This document shows, piece after piece, positions 52,596-64,000 of a stretch of 64,000 nt of DNA (within the stretch, counting starts at the first letter, position 1; every line of letters begins with the position of its first letter). The notes under the pieces are model-generated. The model worked only from the letters and a program-made list of their open reading frames with translations, did no database searches and had not been told where the DNA came from. Source of the stretch: Podarcis liolepis (lineage: Eukaryota); assembly GCA_965112155.1 (NCBI GenBank), contig OZ218105.1. The stretch is one strand, 5' to 3'. A program made the position numbers and the translations under genes.

Positions 52596-52678
52596 GTTGT
52601 AAGAGGCATGGAATATCTCTACATTTGCTGGTGCTAAAAGCAGCATACAGGTTTTGGGTGTGTGGGGGGAGGAGACAG

Positions 52679-52714
<36 letters not shown>

Positions 52715-52841
52715 ACAGGGCCATTAAATATATACATGTGTGGTTCCATGGCAAACTATGCATTTAACATGGAATATACAGTTCTAGAGCTCAGGACTCA
52801 TCTTTCTCCAGAGCAGCAGGTATCAGTCCCCCACCCTGAAC

Positions 52842-52931
52842 CATAGCTGTAAACGTTTCCCTTTTTTAAAGGGAAATTCCCTTATTCCGAATAGGATTCC
52901 TCGCAAGAAAAGGGAAAAGTTGACAGCTATG
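52842..52931. mobile_element. 90-bp hAT MITE with the same TIR as 40485
   Basis: catagctgtaaac / gttgacagctatg; perfect TSD ccctgaac. Confidence 0.9.
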
Positions 52932-53283
52932 CCCTGAACACTTCAATTCCAAACCATATATCATATTTCAGTATCCTTTTCTAGTGTGAAGGAAGTGCTT
53001 GTGGTTTTGAGAAGCGCCCCTTTAACTCATAAATGAATAGGGGGAAATTAGGTTGGGGAACACCGTGTTATGAAAATCCTGAATCCTAGGCTAGGGCCTT
53101 GTTTGGCTGCTCAGTGGTTCTGGCAGGTAAAAAAATGGCATCAGCGTATCAGGAAAAAATCAGTCAAGTAAAGGGCCACATACAGACCGTTTTTGAAATC
53201 CTTTCATGGACTACTTGAATGGCTCTCCTTGGCTACCAGTAGCATGTGGAGCACAGTTTGAGAACCTCTGAAGTACAGTACAT

Positions 53284-53286
<3 letters not shown>

Positions 53287-53336
<50 letters not shown>
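53287..53336. repeat. (CAT)n microsatellite
   Basis: Trinucleotide run. Confidence 0.95.
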
Positions 53337-56300
53337 TATTTCTCAGAATCCCCCAGGAAGATGAGTTTATTGTTAAGCAAGTCTGGGAATTGTAGTTCTG
53401 TGAGGGGAATAGTGGTCTTCTAACAGCAACTCCCATAATTCGTTTTGGGAATCTATGGCTGTTCAAAGTGGTATATTCCTGTTTTAAAAGTATAATGCGG
53501 ATGGTTCACGTGTGGAAGCTTGGGCAGCAGAATTTCTGTTCCTTTCCATCTCTGAAAGGCTGGAGACAGCACCTGTGCTACCCTGGTGCGTTTTTTTGTT
53601 TTGTTCTACTTTTTCCATAGCACGCCCCTTTTCTGCCAAGCAGCTCAAGGCAGTGCACATGGTTCTTTCCCTGCCTTTTTATTCTCACAACAACCCTGTG
53701 ACGCAGGTTAGGCTGAGAAGGAATATCAGGCCCAAGGCCACATAGTGAGCTGAATGGGGATTTGAACCTGTGTTTCCCAGGCCCTGTTCCAACACTTACA
53801 CAACATTGAAATGGACCTGTGACCTAACTAACTGCATGGAGAAAGGAATTGCTTTCATGGTGTAAACATATATTTCGTCCTATTGTTACTTCTGGTCAAA
53901 TATGATTTGCAGGGTCCCCTCCCAAAAAAACAACACCTTGCAAACCTTGTGTACTAGAAGGAAAAGTGGGATGATCTACCAGGAACAGCTTTCGGAGAGC
54001 GAATTATCTGTTTCCAGTCCTACTCTAACAATCACCCACTGCTTTCTTTCATATTCTAGGTGCTGCTTTGTTTTTAAAAATCTTACACTACATCCTTCCT
54101 GCTCACAATGTGCCTTTTGCTACCACCTTTTATTTCTAAATTCACAACATCTAAGCAGACTTATCCATCCCTTTGAAAAGGCAACAGGGGACTTTATACA
54201 GCTCCCCTGTAATAAGCTCTGCAGTTTCAAAATTATTACACATTTTGAAACGAGTTCTCTTCTTTGTCTTTTAAAAAGAAAATAAAAACTGTGTATTATT
54301 TCCCCCAGTTTCATATTTAGAAAAGAATGAAAGCCACAGTTCTGAATTATCTATAACTTGATTTTCTTTATTAATAATAAAAATTGGTAACAGCTTATCA
54401 GATACTTGCATAGACATGCATAATATATGTGGTGAAGCATGCATTCTCTGCCTGCACACGCGTCTTGATAATGCACTGTTTGAAACAAAAGGAATAGTAA
54501 AGGCTATTGTGGTGGAGAAATGCTACTACGGAGAGCTGCAGTTAACATGATTTTACTAGGGTTTCCAAACCCTTGAAATAATAATAATCATAATAATGTC
54601 ATCAGGGTCTGCGGACACATATTATTTCCACCATAATAAGAGTTTGTTTTCAGCACTCTGGAAATCATCGTTCCTGTCGAACAGCAGTGAAAGCTTCCTG
54701 GGCAAGACTTCGGAAATGGTTATATAACCCCAGCAAACCATTCAAGCTAAGGTCTTGCTGCGACCCTGGCAAGCTTTGAAGCACTGCTCTCTCACTCAAC
54801 GTGAAAAACAAGCAGCCACACAGCTTAAAGGGATCCTTGAGATGGGCTGCCCTCCTCCTCTTGACAACCCCCCTCCACACAACATGAATGTAACAACTGT
54901 AGTTTGTCATTTTGCCCTTCCTTTTCTGAGGGAAAAAATGCTAGTGATTTCTTTTGACTTAAACTGGGCATTCAGAAAGCTGTTTTTTATTAATGAACCA
55001 TATTAAGCCACCAGTGAAAAGCTCCCTGACTCTGTTTAAATAACAGGCTATGATTCCTCCCACCCCCTCCCTTTGGCTCCACAGCTATTAATTGAGGAGC
55101 TTCTTTGTTTTTTTCCTAATGAAGCTAACAGAACACATCTGTCAGGTGCTCGTATTCTTCACCCGTCTATAGTATGTAATAGCCCAGCTGGAGGCTATAA
55201 TGCTGCACAATACCCCTGGCCGTTACAGCAACTATTTATTCCTGGGCTTTTCCTCAGATAGGGATTTGGTAAAAAAAAGAGAGAGAGAAAAGTCTGAAAT
55301 TTGGGCCTAATTGCTGTTTACACAGCGATAGACACCTGTTCTAGCTAAGACCCTGGCTCGTGAATCCCACACCTCAGACCTTGGGGAAAGCGGAGGGGGA
55401 AATTTCAATCGGCTGCCAGTTTAGACACTGAGAAGTTTTCCGAGTGCTTTGTATGCTAAAATGTACAAATGTGACTTGATCTATGTCCAATATTTGACAT
55501 AACACCACATTGGTGTTGGGGATGTGTTTGTTCGAAGGCTAAAAGGGACATAGTGGGAACTAAATATTGTCACACACACACAATTGTGGTTTTTTATTTT
55601 TTTATTTTTTTAAAAAACCAGTCACAGTTTCCTGTTTCTGCTGCTGTGAAGCATCGCTGTTAGTAGCTAAGAGCCAGATTGTATGTAGTGCTAGGGCTGC
55701 TTTAATAAGATGTATGAATTATGCTCTCAAACAGGGATTTTTGTTTGTGGGATAAAGCTCATAGACATGTGGATGATGCCCTGTGAATTAACCAAAATTG
55801 GATAAATAAAGGGAGCATAAGAAAAGGCTTGCTGGAACAGACCAAAGGCCCATTGGCAGGGGGTGCCTTGGTTTTGGATGAATCCCTAATCTCAAAGCAA
55901 AGCAGGGTGCCTTAAGAGGGATTTGGGGCATCTCAGAGGTGAGAGGGATCTTTAAGAGGTGGCATATACCAAAGTGGAATTGCTTTTTAAGTAAAAAATG
56001 CTGCAAACAAGCATCTGCTGAAAGCAAAAGGCATGTTATCATAATGCCAGGGTGAGGTGATAGGGAAGGGGAGAGCAAACATCAGAGTGGGGAGAGAGGG
56101 CTCGGAAGAAGAGCTCCGTTGTGGCTGTTGGGTCAAACTTGTAAGAAAAGGTGCAATTATTTCCGCCAGAAAGGAACCACCCCAAAACGGCTCCTAACAC
56201 AACTCCCCGAGACCTATTTGTCTGCCATTTGGCAGGTTTCTTGTCTGACCTAAGTAACTCATGTATTGATTATTACTTTTCATGGTCCAGTGATGAGCAC

Positions 56301-56511
56301 CAGTAGTTAAAGGGTTCCCTAGTAAGCCTGGGCTTAAGCTATACCCTGTTTGTTATCTTCCCAAGAAGGAAAAACAACAATATTTGCAGCATACCCTCCA
56401 ACATTTCTCAGACAAAAATAGGGACGTCCCATTCCATAATGATAATTTTACTATCCATACCCCACACATCTTACTGGGTTGCCCCAGCCACTCTGGGAAA
56501 CTTCCAACATA

Positions 56512-56752
56512 CTGTATTTTTCGCTCTATAAGACCCACCCGACCATAAGACGCACCTAGTTTTTAGAGGAAGAAAACAAGAAACAAAATATTTAGAATCA
56601 AATGTTGTTGAAGAGGCTTTGCGCAGCAATCCCTCTTGCTGTTCTGGCTTCAGCGATAGCTGCGCAGCCTGCATTAGCTCCATAAGATGCACACACATTT
56701 ACCCTTACTTTTTAGGAGGGAAAAAGTGTGTCTTATAGAGCGAAAAATACGG
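56512..56752. mobile_element. Tc2/pogo-like MITE nested in an older repeat
   Basis: 23-bp TIR ctgtatttttcgctctataagac / gtcttatagagcgaaaaatacgg with TA TSD. Confidence 0.88.
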
Positions 56753-56799
56753 TATATAAAAACATAATAAAACATTAAACATTTTAAAAAAACCTCCTA

Positions 56800-57180
56800 T
56801 GTTTAGGGAGATTTGATCTCTCTCAGCATCAGTGTCCCTGTAGAATTTTTGGAAGTGTGTCTCCCAGGTCATTGGCAAGATGTGACAATCTGCCATTGGC
56901 GGCCTACTAGTATGGAGGAGTGTTATGATCTTCCAGAAAAGGGCAGGATTGTTGGATATGGCTACATGAATAACCCGTGTCCAGTTCTTTGTTGTTGCTT
57001 CCTTTTTCTTCCAGGTCAGCAGTTTTTTGTATGGCCTTTTGTGATACAGGAGATCCATTGTGGACGCTGGGGTTGTATTGGACGTGAAGGCTTGGTGTTC
57101 AGGGCTTTTGGAGCATTGATATGGTCCTTGTCAAACCATGGCTTGGAGTGGTGTTTTTGGCATCTCCTGTCAGTTCCATG
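56800..57180 (-). mobile_element. Internal LINE ORF2 fragment
   Basis: Minus-strand peptide WTRVIHVAISNNPALFWKII...WETHFQKFY resembles the endonuclease-RT linker of non-LTR elements. Confidence 0.55.
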
Positions 57181-58098
57181 ACTATTGCTGAGAGGCTGAT
57201 GTTATTCTCAGGTTAGGTCCTTGTAAGCCATCAGGAGGCTTACCTGATTAGTGTATATTTCCAGTATCGTCTAGGTTTGGCAAACTCCTCTAGAGTGAAA
57301 GGCCACACTCATGGTAGCCCCATGTGGCTTAGTTATAGTCAACCTATTAATGGAAGGAACTTGGTGTAATAAAACCATACATGATTCTAATATAAGTTAG
57401 CAGCCTCTCCAATGCAGTTCAGAGCTCAAATTGATTAAAATGCAATTAGGCCATAAAGCTCGCTGTTTATTACCTCAGCTGTTTGTCAAAGGCATAGAGC
57501 GAAAGGAAGGGTTTGTTTCCCCATCTCTCCTTTTTTCCTCTTCTTTTTCCTTGCGAGTTTATTTCTGATCAGTGCCAAGCACACTCATTAGCCGGGTACA
57601 GGGCAGAAATAAAATGTTATTGCCGTGCCACTTAATCCGTAGTCCAATCAGAGGGCAGTATTCTCTACAGCTGTCAAGGGAGGATTACAGGCAGTTTTTC
57701 GAAACTTTTATTTTCCATTCACTAGTGCCTGAGAGCTACTGGACAGATACATTCCTGAAGCTGAAATGGCCGATGTTCCGACTGATTGTTGTCTTGTGAT
57801 CGCTGGTTATTCAGAAACTGAAAATAAGATAAAGGTAGTTAAAGGAAGAGGATGGGAAAACGAGAGCAAAAGTTCTAACAATTAACTGGAAGGTGAGCTG
57901 GCATACAAACGAAGAAATATTTTATTTACACATGTGTACACCACCCAATAACCTAACATTATCTGGGCAGAGAGCAAATAAATTTACAAGCCATAGTTGA
58001 AAACAACAACAGGCAAGCAAATCATCACAATGGTACATGGAATAGCTAAAGGGAATTTTTCACATATGAAGCATAAATTGGCTCTAATGGCTGCAACA

Positions 58099-58609
58099 TA
58101 CCATGCATGCCACCTCAGTCTCCAAGCAGTGCCAGATTCCAGAGATTCCAGCCCATACCAAGTGATCAACTTTCCTTTTGGAAATGAGGCACCGCAGAGA
58201 CTGTGTTGTCTTTATGACATATGGTTTATTTACACACGGATATAACCTGAGCCTATGATGGAGGGGTTCACAGCATAAACACCCCCAAAGTGTCTTGTTT
58301 CTCCCATAGCTGCAGGCTTGGATTCAAGCAGAAATCAAACATTGCTTTGGATCTCTCTCCAGCTTTGCTGCCTTCCATCTAGGTCACATCACTGCTCCCC
58401 AAACTCCCTACTCTAAACTCTGTTGAGGGAGGAGTCGCCACCAATTTGCCATCTCACACGGAGCACCTTAATTCCACTTAATGGCTTATCACATGGCTAG
58501 GAGGCTAGCTTAACTATTCCAAGTATTAGAACTGATTAAATTCTAACACTTGCTGGATCCAAGGATTAGAGGGGTATGGCACCCAGCTCAGCACCCTAAA
58601 CTGATAACA
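58099..58609 (-). mobile_element. LTR-like repeat, copy 2
   Basis: Homologous to 42697-43230; ends ...gataaca. Confidence 0.6.
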
Positions 58610-59952
58610 ATATATTTGATTTATCGTTTGAATTCTCACCCACATTTACAGTGTTCATAGCTGACCTGAAAAAGCAAGGGAGGCTCAAATGCTTTATAGA
58701 CAGTTGTAGATAGATAAACAGCTATATAAAATGCAACTATTTGTGTGATTCTCTGAGAGTAAGCCTGGCTGAACTCAGAAGAACTTGCTTCTAAATAAGC
58801 ATGCATAAGATGTCACTTGTGGAATCATCCAACCTTGGACTCTTTAATAGTGCCCTTAAATGCCAAGCTTTTAAATGTGTTTCATTGGGATTTTGCAGTT
58901 TGAATCCCCTGCTCTCCTTGCTTTGAACCCTTTTAAATTTTCTTAAATGTTATACACAATGTTTTATATTCTTTCCCCATGACTGTCCTGTTTTGTGCAG
59001 GCTAGTTGCACTTGCTAGGGTGGAATATTCCCAAACAAGTCTTATAATTAATGATGAAGGAAAAGAAACAGCAAGGGCTGATATGGACATTTGTTATAGA
59101 AGCAGGTCACATTTTAAGAGCTAAAACTATGAACTTTTTTTGAAACAAAGAGATGTGTAAAGAACTCGGTTCAGTTGCTGGAGTGTGCTGGGATGCTGAG
59201 GTTAGTGATGGGGAAAGGGAACAATTCTTACTCCATCTCTCTGCCTTGGGGCTCACAAAGATGGATGGGTTACAGCCAGAGACAGAAATTAATTTCCTAT
59301 GGGAATAAACAGAAATACAGAGGGAAGTTGGGGTCATTTGAGGACAGGTAATAATGAAATTAGAGTTAATGAAGATTAGAGGACACCGGACCCAGCTGGG
59401 CTCCCCCTAGGGTTCTAAGGGGGCTTCTCACTGGAAAAATGTATTGGAAAGAAAATATGGGAAGCATGTTACAACTGCAGCCTGATCCATTGGGTAGGAA
59501 AACCCCCAACAACCTTGGGCTGTTCAAACCTAACTTTTCAGCATTTTACAAGAAATACAGCTCCCCCCTTTTTTTTGCCCCTTAAGCCCCATGTAATAAA
59601 CAGGCTGCTTCTGGCCAGAGATCCGTATAGACCAATATTGTATAGAATAATGTATTCTAAGCATGCCCCCTTGACTACTAGTATCTTATAAGGCACTAGA
59701 AATTTTCTCTCCTCTAAAAAGCAAACATCTGCTTAACATAATTTAGAATGCAGTAGAGTAAAAATCTTATCTTCTTGCATTTCAGTGGGAAAATCTCAGT
59801 GACTTTGATGAGGTCATATTTTTTATTCTTTTTCTTTTCTTTTTAGAAACTAAAATCATCAGGTAGGAAAATATTTCACGATTTCTGAAATAAACTATAT
59901 AATGGCCTGGTGTATACAACCGTAAGCTAAACCAGGGCTTACTGAGACTGTA

Positions 59953-60200
59953 CAGTGGTACCTCAGGTTAAGAACTTACCGGTAATTCGTTCCGGATGTC
60001 CGTTCTTAACCTGAAACTGTTCTTAACCTGAAGCACCACTTTAGCTAATGGGGCCTCCTGCTGCTGCCGCGCTGCCACTGCACTATTTCTGTTCTCATCC
60101 TGAAACAAAGTCCTTAACCCGAGGTAATATTTCTGGGTTAGTGGAGTCTGTAACCTCAAGCGTATGTAACCTGAAGCGTATGTAACCCAAGGTACCACTG
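59953..60200. mobile_element. pogo/Tigger-like MITE, same subfamily as 1754
   Basis: Same TIR and TA TSD. Confidence 0.9.
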
Positions 60201-62423
60201 TACAAAAGTGCAGGGAGCTTGGAGCTACATTGATCTCTCCTGGTCCCATTTAATGGCACTCCATAGCGAGCTGAGCTGATGTTTGACATAGTTTGTCATT
60301 CGAACTATGACTCGTGGTTAAACTCTAACCCCAAGCTGTAGTCCAGGACAAACCTAGTTAGTGAGGAAGCAACATGCTAAGCTAAACCTTGTCTTAGCTT
60401 GGCATAGCAGAGCATAAGAGGATGGGAATAACAGAGCGGCTGTGAGCTCATCTCTAGAAATTGCACTTTTCTGTGATCTCAGTAAGCTATGGTTTGTCTT
60501 ACTGTGCCATACAAACCAACTCAATGTATGTACTTAGGCCAATGTAAAATTCTTCTGTGAAATGTTGCTACTCATCCTGAGCTGCCTCTTGCTTTTTCCA
60601 AGCTCCTTGAAAGTTTTTCTTCCTTCCTCTTTGCAGGAATCTTCAAATTTGCCTCAAAAATTCATGTTGCAGGAAAGCCTTGCCTCAGCCACTATTCACA
60701 CCAACCATAGGCTTTCAGCAGAACATCCAGTGCCAGTACTGCAAAGACTGGTAAGTGGCCATTAATGTTTTCTGAAGATGCCAGGTAGGTATGAGCGGAA
60801 CGTGGCCAAAACATTTATTAGTCTTATTAAATTATTTTTGCTTAGCTAAAAAGGAACCCTCAAAACTGACTTTGTGTTTTGGCTATGACAACATTTGTAA
60901 TATGTATTGTATCGTGAGAAGCATATTGTACAGTGTGAAGGTGGCGCAAAGGATTGCACAGCTCCATAGCTGTAGTAGTACCCACCATAGCGGAGAAAGG
61001 AGTAGCTTCAGCAACTCATTTTAGGCCATTTTCTCCCCACACTTTTCAGAACCCAGGTGACTTTGCTATCTTTGGTTTCATTAGCCTTGAGAGAACAAGA
61101 TTAAGACACAAAAATGATTGATGGAGTTAAAGTCCTTCTGATACATTATTTCCACTCCATTTGAAATCTGATGCTCTCATAATGGTTGGCCATTTGTGAC
61201 ATTGGTTCCACATTAATGCTCCACAGAGAAGGTGAGAGTAACCTAAGGGTCTTTTTATCATGAAGATATTGAGAAAGATTCTTCCATGTCTCAGTACAAG
61301 TACGGTGACTATTCCTAGACTATTGCCATCCATATAAGAGTTGGTTTTTCACAAACTTCAGAGAGTTGGCATCTTCTTCAATGCCACATGATGTGGGATT
61401 GATTCCTTTCTCATGCTTTTGTTACACCCTTTTGTGAGATCTCTACTTTTTATGGAACACCCTAATAAAACGTTAATGACAAAATACTTCTGTTACCCCT
61501 GTCATCAGATGTTCTAGGTTGTTCAACATTTTGAGTTTATAGAAAGTACACACACACACACTTTACAAATGCATGTGTTTGTCAGAATTCAATGCAGAGA
61601 GTCTGCCTGCCTGCTCTGCAAAAGTTAACAAGCAGCAAGAGAAAGCATAGCTATTGTACTTCCTGGTCTACCAGATCTTTTCCAGCTGCAGCAATCAAGA
61701 GTGAGTTTTGCCCTATAGTAGGCTGGGGTGGGCATGGTGGTCAGTGGTAAAACAGGGCAGGCAGTGCATTAGCTGCAACCTTTCCCATGTGTAGCTTTTC
61801 ACTTGGGTTAACACATGCCACTCATGTTTACTCTGGTCTGGAGTATAGAGAATGCAGGTAAACTGGTGAGTAGTGATATTACTGCCTTATAACTGCAAGT
61901 GGTCTTGAGGCTCTTTTGGAATCTTCCAGCTCTGTGATTCTGTAGTTTTAAAGCCATTCTGTCCCGCCCCCGAAACAACCATTTGTCTGGTGAGTGGGGG
62001 TTTCAAAGAGCAGCCTGAAAGGGCATTCCTTGAGCACCCTTGATTGTGAAAGATGTTATACGCTGGCAGTGTCCCTTGGGCATGGTCAATACAGGGCTGA
62101 AAAGATCTCCTCAGCTTGCAGCCAGGCAACTCAAAGACACTCAGGTGCCTTCTCAAAAGGCTTGTATTGTTATATGGTTGCACATGTAAAAGAGCATACC
62201 AGATTGTTAATCTACAGGGAATGTATGTGTGCATGAATGTGTGTGTGTTGGAGTAGGAGCATTTATTCCTGCAAGTATCCATTTGCATTCTAAAGTAGTA
62301 CGCTCCAGACATAGGCTTACTACTCTTGATGGATAATGGAGCTGACCTGCCACAGGTGTTTTCAGTGTAGTAGCATACTCTCCAACATTTCTACAATGAA
62401 AATAGGGACGTCCTATTCCATTA

Positions 62424-62658
62424 CAGTGGTACCTTGGTTTATGAACTTAATCCGTTCCAGAAGTCCGTTCTTAAACCAAAGTGTTCTTTCCCATAGCAGC
62501 AGGGGACCAGTTTACAAATGGAACACACTCAACTGGATGCGGAACATGTTCTGCTTCCAAGGCAAAGTTCACAAACCAAAACACCCACTTCCAGGTTTGC
62601 AGTACTCTTAATCCAAGTTGTTCATAAACTAAGCTGTTCTTAAACCAAGGTATCACTG
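62424..62658. mobile_element. pogo/Tigger-like MITE nested in an older repeat
   Basis: CAGTGGTACCTTGGTTTA / TAAACCAAGGTATCACTG, followed by (TTG)n. Confidence 0.85.
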
Positions 62659-62700
<42 letters not shown>

Positions 62701-64000
62701 ACCTCACCAATCTGACTGTGTTACCCCAGCCACTCTGGGCAGCTTCCCACATATAAAAACATAACAAAACATTAAACCTGTCTTCTAAAGGTTGTATAGT
62801 TACTTATCAGCTTGACTGGGGGATAACTCCATACTCTCCAACACCTCTCTGATGAAAATAGGGATGTCCTGAGGAAAAACAGGACATTCTGGGGTCAAGT
62901 CAGAAACCGGGATGGCTTCTGTAAATACGGGACTGTCCCTGGAAAATAGGGACAGCTGGAGGGTCTGTAGTAGGCCCTAAGCAGTGGTACACTTGGGTAA
63001 TTTAGACTCTGGTTGTACAGGTTCCCCTTTGGACAAAATTGTAATGTGTATTACCTCACTTATACCAATGTTCTTACTTCGCCTTTTCCTCATTCTGTTG
63101 AATGGGACCCTAGACTCCCCATCCCCCAAGTCCTGTCAAGTTCTCCACTGACCCTAAGGTTAAATATATCAAGCGATTTGATCTTAAATACCTACCATAA
63201 GTATGCTTGCATGCCCCGACAATGAGTATAATACATGGAAGAAGGTTTGCCTGCAATCAATAACATGTATATTATTTTTTTGCCAAAAATCTATATAACT
63301 TGTTTTCCACGTAATGTATTTACTAGGCCCAATTGGTGGTAGCTGTTAGCATTTGATTGATATTTTGTTAAATATGCACACCCAAATTTTACCTCCTCTT
63401 TTCTTCTTCTTCTTCTTCCTCCTCTCATAGTAAATTTAAGCACTATAACACAAACTCCTTTGGCAATTTATGGCACTGGCAAGAAATGAACTGAGTTCAG
63501 AGATAAACATTTATTTCATCTCTCCTTGCGTGTGGGAACATAAAGCCATTTTATTTCTGAGTATTCAGTAGGATTTTACCCTGAGGCATGTCCGTGTCAA
63601 GGAATATAGGGCAATTTTTACTATGGTAACCTGTTCTGAAAACACAGCCTTCCGTTTTGTGAAAATTTCAATTAGCAGCAAAATCACTTTGAAAATAGTA
63701 GAACCATTCAAAGTATGCTGCAGTTACTAGGCTGCCATTCAAGCAAGAGATGTAAATATAAAACAAAGCGGTAAAGGCTGGCGAAACATCTGGTAATATA
63801 ATTTTGCAGACATTGTTTCTGCTTCTTTGTTTAGCTTTCATTGATTTGTTTCTCCCTTTTATAATAAAACGAATTCCTCCCAAACAAAGGCTTATATCTG
63901 TTCTCATTTTAGGTAGACTTGGATTTGCAGGCTTGTGATGGGACAAGGCAATTGTAGCCTTTAATCAGACTACAGAAAATAGAGTTCACACTAGAGATTT

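Noticed and set aside
1-64000. CRISPR array, operons or other prokaryotic systems; remaining short ORFs in the track
   Set aside because: The sequence is eukaryotic with spliceosomal introns and shows no repeat-spacer periodicity. The short ORFs mostly use non-ATG starts, overlap repeats or microsatellites, and show no recognisable homology.

Overview
This is vertebrate genomic DNA, almost certainly from a squamate and probably a lacertid lizard, judged from the Sauria/Squam1 and Squam3 SINEs and the CR1, L1 and Penelope-type repeats. The first ~13.3 kb holds the last five coding exons of MBOAT1 (+ strand; all GT-AG introns with consistent phases) and a probable long 3'UTR. That 3'UTR carries a solo LTR and a young 5'-truncated L1 with a 22-bp target-site duplication (TSD). 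The remaining ~50 kb is intergenic and repeat-rich: Tc1/mariner-pogo and hAT MITEs (many with intact terminal inverted repeats, TIRs, and TSDs, several nested), SINEs, LINE fragments, microsatellites and a 188-N assembly gap. The most striking structure is a 212-bp Penelope-like insertion at 17169-17380, a perfect 77-bp inverted repeat carrying a minimal hammerhead ribozyme on the minus strand. A CTCF-like site, homeodomain-motif clusters and several orphan exon-like segments are also noted. Family names come from recalled consensus sequences, not database searches. I found no convincing wholly new protein-coding system.
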